NCBI RefSeq assembly: GCF_033153115.1
Contig: NW_026889772.1
Location: forward strand, 9,238,001 to 9,302,000
Reading direction: 5' to 3'
DNA: 64,000 bases
Source of the DNA: Saccostrea echinata
Taxonomy: Eukaryota
In this document: positions 1 to 9,853 of the stretch, piece after piece
Position numbering within the stretch: the first letter of the stretch is position 1
How the letters are laid out: each line of letters opens with the position of its first letter
Translations under genes and position numbers: made by a program
Notes under the pieces: generated by a model
Seen by the model: the letters and a program-made list of their open reading frames with translations, nothing else
The model's database searches: none
What the model was told of the DNA's origin: nothing

Positions 1-447
1 CAAATTCACTCCATGACAATATCGTTTCAGGTTTAGGAAGTGCATCCTATTACAAGAAAATAAATACCAAATTTGCCATATTTCATTGAAAAAAACTATG
101 ATCAATTATAATAGAATACACCAAAATCAATCGGCTGACCTTAACATGATGATGGATGCTATGAAAATCAAGTCTTCTTTCAATATCAGTAATCATATTA
201 TCATACACTATATATTTCTTTATATTTACATTTGCAAATGTTTTCTTTTATATAACACTACTAAAAGCAACGCGTATCTATATCCGTATAAACACGGGTT
301 CCTCGCGTCATAAACGTTCGACGTAATTTCTCAGTGACGTCATAAAGGGTCAACGCGCAATCAGAGGATCAAACACGTGCCGTTGGGTTTGAAAAATAAA
401 ACGTTTCACGCGTTAAAGATCATAATCAGGCAAATATAAACTATGAA

Positions 448-1459
448 TGTAACGGTGTCTTATTATAAATCTGGAGCATGGAAATATAAATAAGTCCATT
501 TCAGGGTTCTACTGACATCTCCATTTATTACATTCACAGATGAACACATAGAATAGTTGGAATAATGGAACAATGAAGGAATTTGGAATAATGCCCTGAA
601 AAATCATAATAACAAATAATAAATACATAGCATAAAATATTCTGATATATCCGTATCAATATAGTAATTACAATCTGCGGTTAACAGATACGCTGCATAA
701 AGGGAGGTAACTCTGTACATGATTTACATACAATCAATGCCCCCTTTTAATATTACGCTTTGAAAAATATAAAAACATTAATATCATAAATATCATACCA
801 ATCTATGGGACTGAGCCTCTCCCATTCATTGTAGTCACAATATGGCTCACTGTACACGTATGTCCAGATCATAAAACTACAAATTATCATAGTTTACATA
901 AGTAAACCTATCATCATAAAAACATCTAGTAGATATATATAAAATAAAAAATACTTTCAATAAAATAGTTACTCCTTAATTACTGTCTCTCAAATCAGAT
1001 TCTGACTGTGCTAGTGCTATGGAATTAACTTTGGCAAAATTACAGATTTTACAGTTAAATCAAATATTAGAAATCATATTAGAATTAGTATATAAATGTT
1101 ATCTTACCTTAATAGAGAAAAGTATTGTCTCTGTCAATGTCAGAAAGTCGTAATTATAAAACTTGGTAAATACAACCCTTTCTGGACAAATACTGGACAA
1201 AGAATGACCATAACAAACAACTTTTTGGAGGGAAAAATACTGAACCAATAAAACACAACCTTACAAAGTCCAAACCAATGAAAACAGTGAATACTTCAAA
1301 CCAAAGACCAAAGACCAGAACCTTCATAACCCAAGGCAATAATAATTAAGTACAGGTACTGCCTGTTCTACTTAATAATGCATTTATATTTACAATTTAA
1401 AAACATATGAAATACATTATAGATTTATTAAATAAATTAATAAATCTAATACTGTAACA
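448..1459 (-). repeat. 3' LTR (1,012 bp)
   Basis: Matches 8841-9853 except for two substitutions (tccAtttc/tccGtttc; gtcaCaat/gtcaTaat) and one extra A in an A-run, by eye. Minus-strand AATAAA at 524-529. Confidence 0.97.
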
Positions 1460-1475
1460 CACTTCCCCTCCTTTT
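1460..1475 (-). promoter_or_regulatory. Polypurine tract (plus-strand primer)
   Basis: Minus strand reads AAAAGGAGGGGAAGTG immediately before the TG of the 3' LTR. Confidence 0.92.
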
Positions 1476-1578
1476 AAAATGACTTCCACGTCATTCAAAT
1501 GGAGACTTACCACTTATCTGGTACTCTGGCATAATCAGGAAAATCTGAAATTAAAACAAAATTTATACAATTAAAACA

Positions 1579-4500
1579 TTATAACTTTTCAGTAATCATT
1601 TTTAAAAATGCTTTTGACATATCTCTGTCCATTTTTGTTAGCTGTGATGCCATATTCTGAAAGTATATCAATTTCTCTTTCCACTCAGGCTGTTGTGGTA
1701 TCTGTTGACAACATACATAATTCTTCATCCATGCTGGCTTCTTTTTAACTCGTCCTGATCTCCTCGGTAACTCATCCGTCTCAATATCATCAGGACTGTC
1801 ATCCTCATCAGCATGGATATCATCAACATGGTCATCATGAACATCATCTTCATGGCCATCATAAGCATCTTGGTTGTCATCTTCTTGCAGATTACTTCCA
1901 TCATCATCAAGGTTGTCTTCATCAATATCATCCACCATTCCACTAGCATCTGGCTCATCAGATGCTACACTATCCGCTTCCCCTGGCTCATCAATGGTTT
2001 CAGCACTTACCTGGTCGTCACCAGTTACAATGTTCAAACCTACTGCCTCCTCAGACAATGCCTTAGACTTTACAGGGTACTCCACTGTAAGACACAGATC
2101 ATCTTCATCATCATCAGATTCCATCTGATGGAGGATGGCAGGCTCCTGACCTCTCTTACACTCTTCTCCATTTTTCCTCTGTCTTGCCCTAGGAACTGGA
2201 ATGGGTGTCTTGGCTGATCCAAATGGTAATAAAAGATTTCTGTGGAGAATTCTTAACTTACCTTGGTTATCTTCTCTTTTAACTTTGTAAACCGGTATTG
2301 ATGAATTGGGCTGTTTTATGATGATGTATGGCTTATCTTCCCACTTGTCTTGAATTTTATGCTTCCCGTCGAAACTTACAACTTTGACTAATACCCGGTC
2401 TCCTTCTTTCAAAATGACTCCTCTAACCTTAGTGTCATAATGCCATTTTTGTTTTAGCTGGGAATTCTTAGTTGCTGTTTCAGCCTTCTGGTATGCATCT
2501 TGTAGATTCCTCTGTAGTTTTTCTAAGTAAGTTGATGTTGAACTTGATTGAGAATTCCTTTCTATTCCAAAGACTAAGTCAACCGGCAAATTTGGTTCTC
2601 GGCCGAACATCAAAAAATAAGGAGAAAAACCAGTTGTATCATGTGTTGTACAGTTGTATGCATGGACCAATGGGTTGATGTAATTTTTCCAGTTATGTTT
2701 CTGTTCAGGATCCAAAGTGCCTAACATGGAAATAAGTGTTCTGTTAAACCTTTCTGTGACACCGTTGCCCATTGGGTGGTATGGTGTTGTACGGGATTTG
2801 GCAATTCCAGTCAGTTGACATAAATCTTTGATGATATTACTACAGAAATTAGCTCCTTGGTCTGAGTGCAATTTTTGAGGTAATCCATAGTGCACTATAA
2901 AATGGTTGAAAATGGCATCTGCTGTGGTACGGGCAGTCTGGTTCTTTGTTGGTACTGCTACAGCATACTTGGTAAAGTGGTCTGTAATCACCAAGATATT
3001 TTGGATATTACCTTTCGATGGTTCCAAGGTTAAATAATCCATACAAACCAATTCTAAGGGTTGAGTTGTTTTGATGTTAACTAACTCTGCTCTCTGGTTG
3101 TTAGGAGTCTTAAACTTGATACACCTGTCACACTGTTCTATCCAATTGCTGACATCAATATACATCTTGGGCCAATAAAATCTCTTTCTTATTAAAGCTA
3201 TGGTCTTTTCTCTTCCGGGATGACCCATGTCATTGTGCAGATATTTTAGTATAAGATGACTGAATGAATTGGGAATGATGAACTGATGATGAATAATCCC
3301 ATCAATTTTGGTTTCTCTCACAAGCAAATCATCTTTCAACTTTAACCTCTTGAAATTTCGATGAAGAATAGCCTCTGTTTCATTCTTTGCTGTATTCTTG
3401 GGAGGTTTTCTTCCTGCTCTTATGTATTCAATCATCATTGAAATGGTGTCATCATTCCTCTGTATTTCTTTTATATCAATATGGCTACTGTCTTTGTCTT
3501 GTGATTGTTGTACTAACTGGCATACAGAATGAGGCAAGGAAACTGGAAGGGTCTCGATATATGGTTGTTGATGTTCTGAATTAATAATGGCACTAATAGC
3601 TTCTTTATCCATAGTTTCTGTTCTTTCAGGTAATCTTGATAAAATGTCTGCATCAGTATTGGATTTTCCAGGTTTGTACGTAATGCTGAAATTGTATGAA
3701 GATAAAGCAGCTATCCATCTATGGCCAGTTGCATCTAATTTGGCTGTTGTTAAAACATATGTCAAGGGGTTGTTGTCAGTGAAGACAGAGAAAGTTTGTC
3801 CTGTGAGGTAATCAGAAAACTTCTCTGTAATAGCCCATTTTAATGCTAGAAATTCCAATTTATGGGTTGGGTAATTTCTTTCTGATTTGCTAAGTCCCCT
3901 ACTGGCATATGCTATGACCCTTTTCGCTCCATCTTGTTCTTGATACAGAACCGCTCCTAAGCCACTTTGACATGCATCGGTATGTAATTCAAATGGACTG
4001 TTGAAATTGGGATAACCAAGTACAGGAGCTGATGTTAGCTTTTCCTTTAGTGCATTAAATGCTGATTCCTGGGATGGTCCCCATGTCCATGTTGGTGGAA
4101 GCGGTTTCTTTTTTCCTCTTGGTTTCTTTCCAGTAGCCATGATATCGATCAAAGGTCGAGCAATCTTGGAGAAATTCTGAATGAATTTTCTGTAATATCC
4201 AGCGAATCCTAAAAATTGTCGTACGTCTTCTGGATTTTTCAGAATAGGCCAGTTTTTGACTTTAATAACTTTGTCAGGGTCCGCCTGTACCCCATTTTCA
4301 GACACAATGTGTCCTATATACTTCACCCTTTTCATGAAGAAAGAACATTTCTTTGGGGATAACTTCAACCCAAACTTCCGGAACCTTTCAAAAACTTCTT
4401 TGAGGCGGTGAAGATGTTCCTCAATAGACCTAGAAAAAACAATGACATCATCTAAATATATAAAACAAATTTGCATATGGAGATCTCCTAAACATTGTTC

Positions 4501-5943
4501 CTGTAATCTTTGATAGGTAGCTGGAGCGTTAGCTAATCCGAAAGGCATTTTATTAAATTCAAAGAATCCCAATGGTCCGACTGTAAATGCTGTTCTTTGT
4601 TTATGTTCTTCAAGAATCTCTATTTGGTGATAGCCGGACTTCATATCTAAAACAGTGAAGTAGCGATTACCGGCAAGCGAGTCCAAAATTTCATCTATTC
4701 TCGGCAATGCATAATTATCTCTCACTGTTTTGGAATTCAATTGCCTATAATCCACACACATCCTCAAAGAGCCATCTGGTTTCTTCACTAAAACAACATT
4801 GGAAGAAAATGGAGAGTGAGATGGTCTAATTACTCCACTGGCTAGTAGCTCTTGTATGTGGTTTCGGACTTCTCCAATCATAGCTGGTGGTATGCGCCTG
4901 TATTTCTGTTTGAAAGGTGTAGTGTCTGACAACTCTATGTGATGATACACTTTGTCTGTAGTACCAATATCAGTTGAACTTGTTGAAAAGATGTCTTGGA
5001 ATTCTGAAATAAGTCCTTTACATCTTTCTTTCTCCTGTTCTGACAGAGTCTCTGAAATGTGGACCTTCTCAAAGATGTTCTCTAATACTGTTGGTGATGT
5101 ATTAGGATGAGAGGTTTCTGCAATGGTAACAGGCTGCATCTCACAAAGAAGTGCTCCTGGTGCTATCGACACTGTCCGAGTTGTCACATTACTTACTTCT
5201 ACAGGTGTTAAATTGTCATCCTGACAGTTGTAGTAGTGCAAGGTAGGAGTTATATCTAAGTCTGATGGGATGCTAGATTTGAAAGTTGGCTGCAACATGG
5301 CTAGTACCTTCTGGTATGGAACTTTCTTGTCGAGGTATGCGTTGACAACAACTTTTCCGTTAGGTGGAATCAGGATTCTTGATTTCTCTGCTGACTTCAA
5401 AACAGCAAGTCTATTTCTGTTCCTTTCTAGTTGTTTTTGTCGAAGAGCAATACATCTGAAAGCCAGATACCATGGTGCATGCATATCAGCATCCTGAAGA
5501 AATCTAGAACCATACTCTGTTCTGGTAATGTCCATCAGATGACTTAAGATATTTGTTCCAATCAAAACAGGTACATTAGCATTATACTTGCTATCAGGAA
5601 CAACTAAAAAGATACATTCCTTCAGAACTTCCAATGAAGAGAGTCCATGAGTGGCTAAATCTGCAATGACATATCCCAAATAAGGCATCATCTGCCCATC
5701 AGCACATTCAATGTCAAGTTGTTCCTCTAATGGATAAAGTGCTGTTCCATCTCGCAGATGTGTCTCAAAAAATGTTTGCGATATTGTGGAGACAGTAGCT
5801 CCAGTGTCCAATAATGCAGAACATGGAACTCCATTAATAGCCACTTGAACCTCATTTGATGTTCCTACTAATTCTTCCGATAAGTTGTTGGGACTGTTTC
5901 TTCTTCTGCCAGACCCTTGTCCCCAGGATTTGGCCATCTGTAG
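1579..5943 (-). CDS. pol: Pol polyprotein (aspartic protease, RT, RNase H, integrase, acidic C-terminal tail), probably made as a ~1,860-aa Gag-Pol fusion by -1 frameshift
   Basis: ORF 1579..5937 is open back to the slippery site at 5943-5949. Motifs: LLDTGA (protease); LRMCVDYRQLN and YLDD (RT); HTDA...LEFLAL...FTDN (RNase H); H-x4-H...CxxC and the D,D,E core VCMD/HSDQG/TERFN (integrase); WEDKPY as the GPY/F-like motif. Confidence 0.97.
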   Translation of the reverse strand, partial: LQMAKSWGQGSGRRRNSPNNLSEELVGTSNEVQVAINGVPCSALLDTGATVSTISQTFFETHLRDGTALYPLEEQLDIECADGQMMPYLGYVIADLATHGLSSLEVLKECIFLVVPDSKYNANVPVLIGTNILSHLMDITRTEYGSRFLQDADMHAPWYLAFRCIALRQKQLERNRNRLAVLKSAEKSRILIPPNGKVVVNAYLDKKVPYQKVLAMLQPTFKSSIPSDLDITPTLHYYNCQDDNLTPVEVSNVTTRTVSIAPGALLCEMQPVTIAETSHPNTSPTVLENIFEKVHISETLSEQEKERCKGLISEFQDIFSTSSTDIGTTDKVYHHIELSDTTPFKQKYRRIPPAMIGEVRNHIQELLASGVIRPSHSPFSSNVVLVKKPDGSLRMCVDYRQLNSKTVRDNYALPRIDEILDSLAGNRYFTVLDMKSGYHQIEILEEHKQRTAFTVGPLGFFEFNKMPFGLANAPATYQRLQEQCLGDLHMQICFIYLDDVIVFSRSIEEHLHRLKEVFERFRKFGLKLSPKKCSFFMKRVKYIGHIVSENGVQADPDKVIKVKNWPILKNPEDVRQFLGFAGYYRKFIQNFSKIARPLIDIMATGKKPRGKKKPLPPTWTWGPSQESAFNALKEKLTSAPVLGYPNFNSPFELHTDACQSGLGAVLYQEQDGAKRVIAYASRGLSKSERNYPTHKLEFLALKWAITEKFSDYLTGQTFSVFTDNNPLTYVLTTAKLDATGHRWIAALSSYNFSITYKPGKSNTDADILSRLPERTETMDKEAISAIINSEHQQPYIETLPVSLPHSVCQLVQQSQDKDSSHIDIKEIQRNDDTISMMIEYIRAGRKPPKNTAKNETEAILHRNFKRLKLKDDLLVRETKIDGIIHHQFIIPNSFSHLILKYLHNDMGHPGREKTIALIRKRFYWPKMYIDVSNWIEQCDRCIKFKTPNNQRAELVNIKTTQPLELVCMDYLTLEPSKGNIQNILVITDHFTKYAVAVPTKNQTARTTADAIFNHFIVHYGLPQKLHSDQGANFCSNIIKDLCQLTGIAKSRTTPYHPMGNGVTERFNRTLISMLGTLDPEQKHNWKNYINPLVHAYNCTTHDTTGFSPYFLMFGREPNLPVDLVFGIERNSQSSSTSTYLEKLQRNLQDAYQKAETATKNSQLKQKWHYDTKVRGVILKEGDRVLVKVVSFDGKHKIQDKWEDKPYIIIKQPNSSIPVYKVKREDNQGKLRILHRNLLLPFGSAKTPIPVPRARQRKNGEECKRGQEPAILHQMESDDDEDDLCLTVEYPVKSKALSEEAVGLNIVTGDDQVSAETIDEPGEADSVASDEPDASGMVDDIDEDNLDDDGSNLQEDDNQDAYDGHEDDVHDDHVDDIHADEDDSPDDIETDELPRRSGRVKKKPAWMKNYVCCQQIPQQPEWKEKLIYFQNMASQLTKMDRDMSKAFLKMITEKL

Positions 5944-7154
5944 TTTAAAGATTTCTGATGATCAATTCTGACTCTGCAACCAATAGCTATATGTCCTTCT
6001 TGACCACATCTGTAACATACGACTTTATCAGATCTCCGATCCTGTTCCTGATTAGTCTTCTTAAAAGTAGTAAATCTGGGCTCAGGCATCCTAGGAGTGT
6101 AGCCTCTACTAGGATACTGTCCTCTTCTTCCTCTTTGAAAAGGCTGTCTGTTTCTGTTGTTATACGAACTATAGTTGGGTGGTTTATAATAAGGCTGCTG
6201 CTGCATTGCCTTCAGCTGGTTTATCTGAGCTTGCAAAGCTTCATATTTGTCGTCATCAACTGCAGTTTTTTCTGAGGAGATCCCTGATTTTACTATGGCT
6301 GGCTTTACTTTTGTTAATTTGGTCTGCCCTGGATGTTCTGTCTCGATCTTTCTCACTTCTACTCTTAATTTGTCAAAATCCTTAATTGAGTGAAATAAGT
6401 ATCCAGAAATATCTTTTAAGTCTTGTCGCAGACCTTTATAAAACATTGTACGTAACATTTCATTTGCCGCATAGTTCTGGACCTTCCCCAACTTCATGGC
6501 AGTGTTCAGAATTTCCTCTAACCTGCAGCTCCAAGCTGAACAGGTCTCATCTTCACGCTGTTTAGCACTGTAAAACTCGGCTAAAATGTCTTCTTTTTCC
6601 AGAACATTTCCATAAATGCTGTCTAACTTGGAAAGAATTTCTTCTACAGTGGCACCAACTCCTAATCTCATCACAACTTTGGCTGCCTCTCCTTTCACAG
6701 ATCTCCTAATGGCTTGTAATAAGGATTCTTCTGAATGAGCTTCCCTTATAAGACAGGTAACTTCATACTTCCACAGGTCATAGGAAGTTTCACCTTTTCC
6801 ATCACCTGAGAACATGGATATCCGTAAAGGAGATTTCAGATAAACATCTTTAGAAGATGATGATGCTGCAGCGACTGGTTCTTTGGATTTGGTCTCTGCA
6901 ATAGAATGACTGGCTGCCCAAGTTACAAAACTTTCTGGATTGATCTTCATCTTCTGCAATGCCATCCAGAACTGTTTCATGTCTTCCTCTGACATTGTAC
7001 TTTCTGCTGCCTCGGCTTTATGTCCTTTAGGTTCCATTTTAAATTCTGTCGTAATTGCTGGCTTCTCTTTGGGCCTAGCATCTAAAGGTTTCTCTGTTTT
7101 TGTTTCAGTTGTAGTCTCTGATTTGTCTGCTGTCTTAGCTTTTGCTTCGGACAT
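5868..7154 (-). CDS. gag: Gag (PNMA/paraneoplastic-Ma-like capsid plus CCHC zinc knuckle), 428 aa
   Basis: LRISMFSGDGKGETSYDLWKYEV capsid motif and CYRCGQEGHIAIGC zinc knuckle. Lies upstream of pol and overlaps it in the -1 frame. Confidence 0.95.
   Translation of the reverse strand: MSEAKAKTADKSETTTETKTEKPLDARPKEKPAITTEFKMEPKGHKAEAAESTMSEEDMKQFWMALQKMKINPESFVTWAASHSIAETKSKEPVAAASSSSKDVYLKSPLRISMFSGDGKGETSYDLWKYEVTCLIREAHSEESLLQAIRRSVKGEAAKVVMRLGVGATVEEILSKLDSIYGNVLEKEDILAEFYSAKQREDETCSAWSCRLEEILNTAMKLGKVQNYAANEMLRTMFYKGLRQDLKDISGYLFHSIKDFDKLRVEVRKIETEHPGQTKLTKVKPAIVKSGISSEKTAVDDDKYEALQAQINQLKAMQQQPYYKPPNYSSYNNRNRQPFQRGRRGQYPSRGYTPRMPEPRFTTFKKTNQEQDRRSDKVVCYRCGQEGHIAIGCRVRIDHQKSLNYRWPNPGDKGLAEEETVPTTYRKN
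5890..5949 (-). promoter_or_regulatory. Programmed -1 ribosomal frameshift signal: slippery heptamer U_UUA_AAC plus predicted H-type pseudoknot
   Basis: TTTAAAC in the gag frame (TCT TTA AAC), 8-nt spacer, stem 1 GCCAAAUCCU/AGGGUCUGGC, and loop GGGAC pairing with downstream GUCCC. Confidence 0.85.
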
Positions 7155-7210
7155 GGTTGTATATACAGATCAATGGCAATAAAATATTATGTACAAATAA
7201 AATAATATAC

Positions 7211-7381
7211 AATGCAATTTTCAGGAGGGTAGTTCTAACTGAACTATAAAGAACACAGGGCAATTTTAATGTAATGAATTTAAAGGAGGGAGTTCATAAC
7301 TGAACTACTGAAAAGGGATTTTTTTATAAGCAATGTATTTAAACAGGAGGGTAGCTCAATGCGCGAGCTAATTGCAAAGGG
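7211..7381 (-). repeat. Three ~60-nt tandem units in the retrotransposon leader, each containing a 6-bp hairpin
   Basis: On the plus strand each unit has GGAGGG followed by a hairpin: TAGTTC-taact-GAACTA (7230-7246), AGTTCA-taac-TGAACT (7291-7306), TAGCTC-aatgcgc-GAGCTA (7352-7370). Confidence 0.8.
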
Positions 7382-8819
7382 TAAGGTTATATGTACTTAA
7401 CAAAAGTGAAAGTAGAATTGCACTTCCGGTATGAAGTTGCACTTCCGGTACTGCAGTTAAAGTTTAAAGGCAAAATTCAAAGTACAATATTTCTTATGAT
7501 ACCCAATGTGTAACTACTACACTAATCTACATAATTACGAATGCTGTATGTCGATAATGATGATCTCTAAATAATGTTGTATAATCACTAAAAAAATAAT
7601 CTGCTGAAATATAAACAGTTGTAGAACGCTCTGTATCGAATATAAATGTCAAAATCAGCTGGTAACAAATTCAATGAACAAGAACTGAAAATAAACTGCG
7701 TTTACGATCCAAAAATCTCCTGAAAAAGAATAAGGGTATCAGACTAACTATACTATACCTGATATTCAAAGTTAATAAGAAATAAACAACAAACACTGAC
7801 GATATAAAACAAATTAAATCAAATTTTAACTTTTTGTTTACAAAATCACGTTTTCTAAAGTCGTTTCCGGTTAAAACGGATTTAGCGGATATCGAGCTCA
7901 ATCGAAATTACGCAATCGGAAAAGTAGGCAGTGCTATAGAAAATAAACCGAACCCGATGATAAATAAATCAATACTTTAAGGGAAGTTTGGAGAAGATGA
8001 CAGACAAAACGCTATACCATTATTCTAAAAAAAATATGAACTTAATGTAAAACAACTTTTCACTGTATCAACACCCACTGCACACTGGATCAGACGACAG
8101 ACTCAAAATGAATAGGCTACACTTCAAAATACCATACTTGAGCACTAAATAAACTACTTGACCAACTGCAACAAATTAATTATCTGTCAAAGTGTCAATA
8201 TGTCTTTGTCAAAAGGGATAGATATTATTTACTACATTTTTGTAAGTTCTGATTTAGTAAATCAAGGGTATCTGGGTACTTGGATGGTGCGCAATGTGCA
8301 ATACCTCACTTACCCATACGTCTTCCTCTCCGGTACTTCAATTCTTCAAATAATATAACTTATATGTGGGTACCCAATAAAATAGCTAAACTATAGTAAA
8401 CCTATATACACTTTGACAAATTGTTGATCAACACTATAACAGTACTGGCCAGCTATTAAAATAATATGATCTACCTCTAGTTAAACTAGAATATATACAT
8501 GTATTGCTAGTTGCTTGAAAGCACTGTAAATTTTCTGTTCAAAAACTCACCGATCAGCTGATACTCCAATGTCACATAGCAAAAATATACAACAATCACA
8601 AAAAATGATACTACTCACACAAGACATTAAGCTCACAGTTTGTCACAGTAATCACCGGCAATATATGTCCAAGTCAATGGGTTGGCCAATATAGTGGTAG
8701 AATTCACACGCACAGCTGTGTCTATTCAGGTGTAACAGATCACTGATGATCTAACTGGTCAACGGGAAAGTCGAACACTCTTAGGAATGTGTCATCTGAA
8801 ATGATGTTCAATCAGGAAA

Positions 8820-8837
8820 GTCCCTACATGGGCGCCA
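8820..8837 (-). promoter_or_regulatory. Primer-binding site, tRNA-Lys type
   Basis: TGGCGCCCATGTAGGGAC lies 3 nt inside the 5' LTR and is 14/18 identical to the canonical tRNA-Lys(UUU) PBS TGGCGCCCGAACAGGGAC. Confidence 0.88.
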
Positions 8838-8840
8838 TTT

Positions 8841-9853
8841 TGTAACGGTGTCTTATTATAAATCTGGAGCATGGAAATATAAATAAGTCCGTTTCAGGGT
8901 TCTACTGACATCTCCATTTATTACATTCACAGATGAACACATAGAATAGTTGGAATAATGGAACAATGAAGGAATTTGGAATAATGCCCTGAAAAATCAT
9001 AATAACAAATAATAAATACATAGCATAAAATATTCTGATATATCCGTATCAATATAGTAATTACAATCTGCGGTTAACAGATACGCTGCATAAAGGGAGG
9101 TAACTCTGTACATGATTTACATACAATCAATGCCCCCTTTTAATATTACGCTTTGAAAAATATAAAAACATTAATATCATAAATATCATACCAATCTATG
9201 GGACTGAGCCTCTCCCATTCATTGTAGTCATAATATGGCTCACTGTACACGTATGTCCAGATCATAAAACTACAAATTATCATAGTTTACATAAGTAAAC
9301 CTATCATCATAAAAACATCTAGTAGATATATATAAAATAAAAAAATACTTTCAATAAAATAGTTACTCCTTAATTACTGTCTCTCAAATCAGATTCTGAC
9401 TGTGCTAGTGCTATGGAATTAACTTTGGCAAAATTACAGATTTTACAGTTAAATCAAATATTAGAAATCATATTAGAATTAGTATATAAATGTTATCTTA
9501 CCTTAATAGAGAAAAGTATTGTCTCTGTCAATGTCAGAAAGTCGTAATTATAAAACTTGGTAAATACAACCCTTTCTGGACAAATACTGGACAAAGAATG
9601 ACCATAACAAACAACTTTTTGGAGGGAAAAATACTGAACCAATAAAACACAACCTTACAAAGTCCAAACCAATGAAAACAGTGAATACTTCAAACCAAAG
9701 ACCAAAGACCAGAACCTTCATAACCCAAGGCAATAATAATTAAGTACAGGTACTGCCTGTTCTACTTAATAATGCATTTATATTTACAATTTAAAAACAT
9801 ATGAAATACATTATAGATTTATTAAATAAATTAATAAATCTAATACTGTAACA
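8841..9853 (-). repeat. 5' LTR (1,013 bp)
   Basis: Near-identical to 448-1459, adjacent to the PBS, followed by TSD TGAA. Confidence 0.97.

Larger units (their letters stand above)
448..9853 (-). mobile_element. Full-length Ty3/Gypsy LTR retrotransposon, very recent insertion
   Basis: Direct repeats at 448-1459 and 8841-9853 with TG...CA termini. 4-bp TSD TGAA at 444-447 and 9854-9857. PBS next to the right LTR, PPT next to the left LTR. Uninterrupted gag and pol in PR-RT-RH-IN order on the minus strand. Confidence 0.98.

Noticed and set aside
1154-1339. 61-aa hydrophobic ORF duplicated at 9548-9733, as an env-like or membrane gene
   Set aside because: It lies inside the LTR, hence the duplication. 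It starts at TTG just after an in-frame stop, and its hydrophobicity reflects T-rich sequence. No env ORF exists between pol and the 3' LTR.
1725-2217. Met-, Ile- and Ser-rich ORFs overlapping the pol tail
   Set aside because: Alternative-frame and antisense shadows of the GAT-rich acidic tract.
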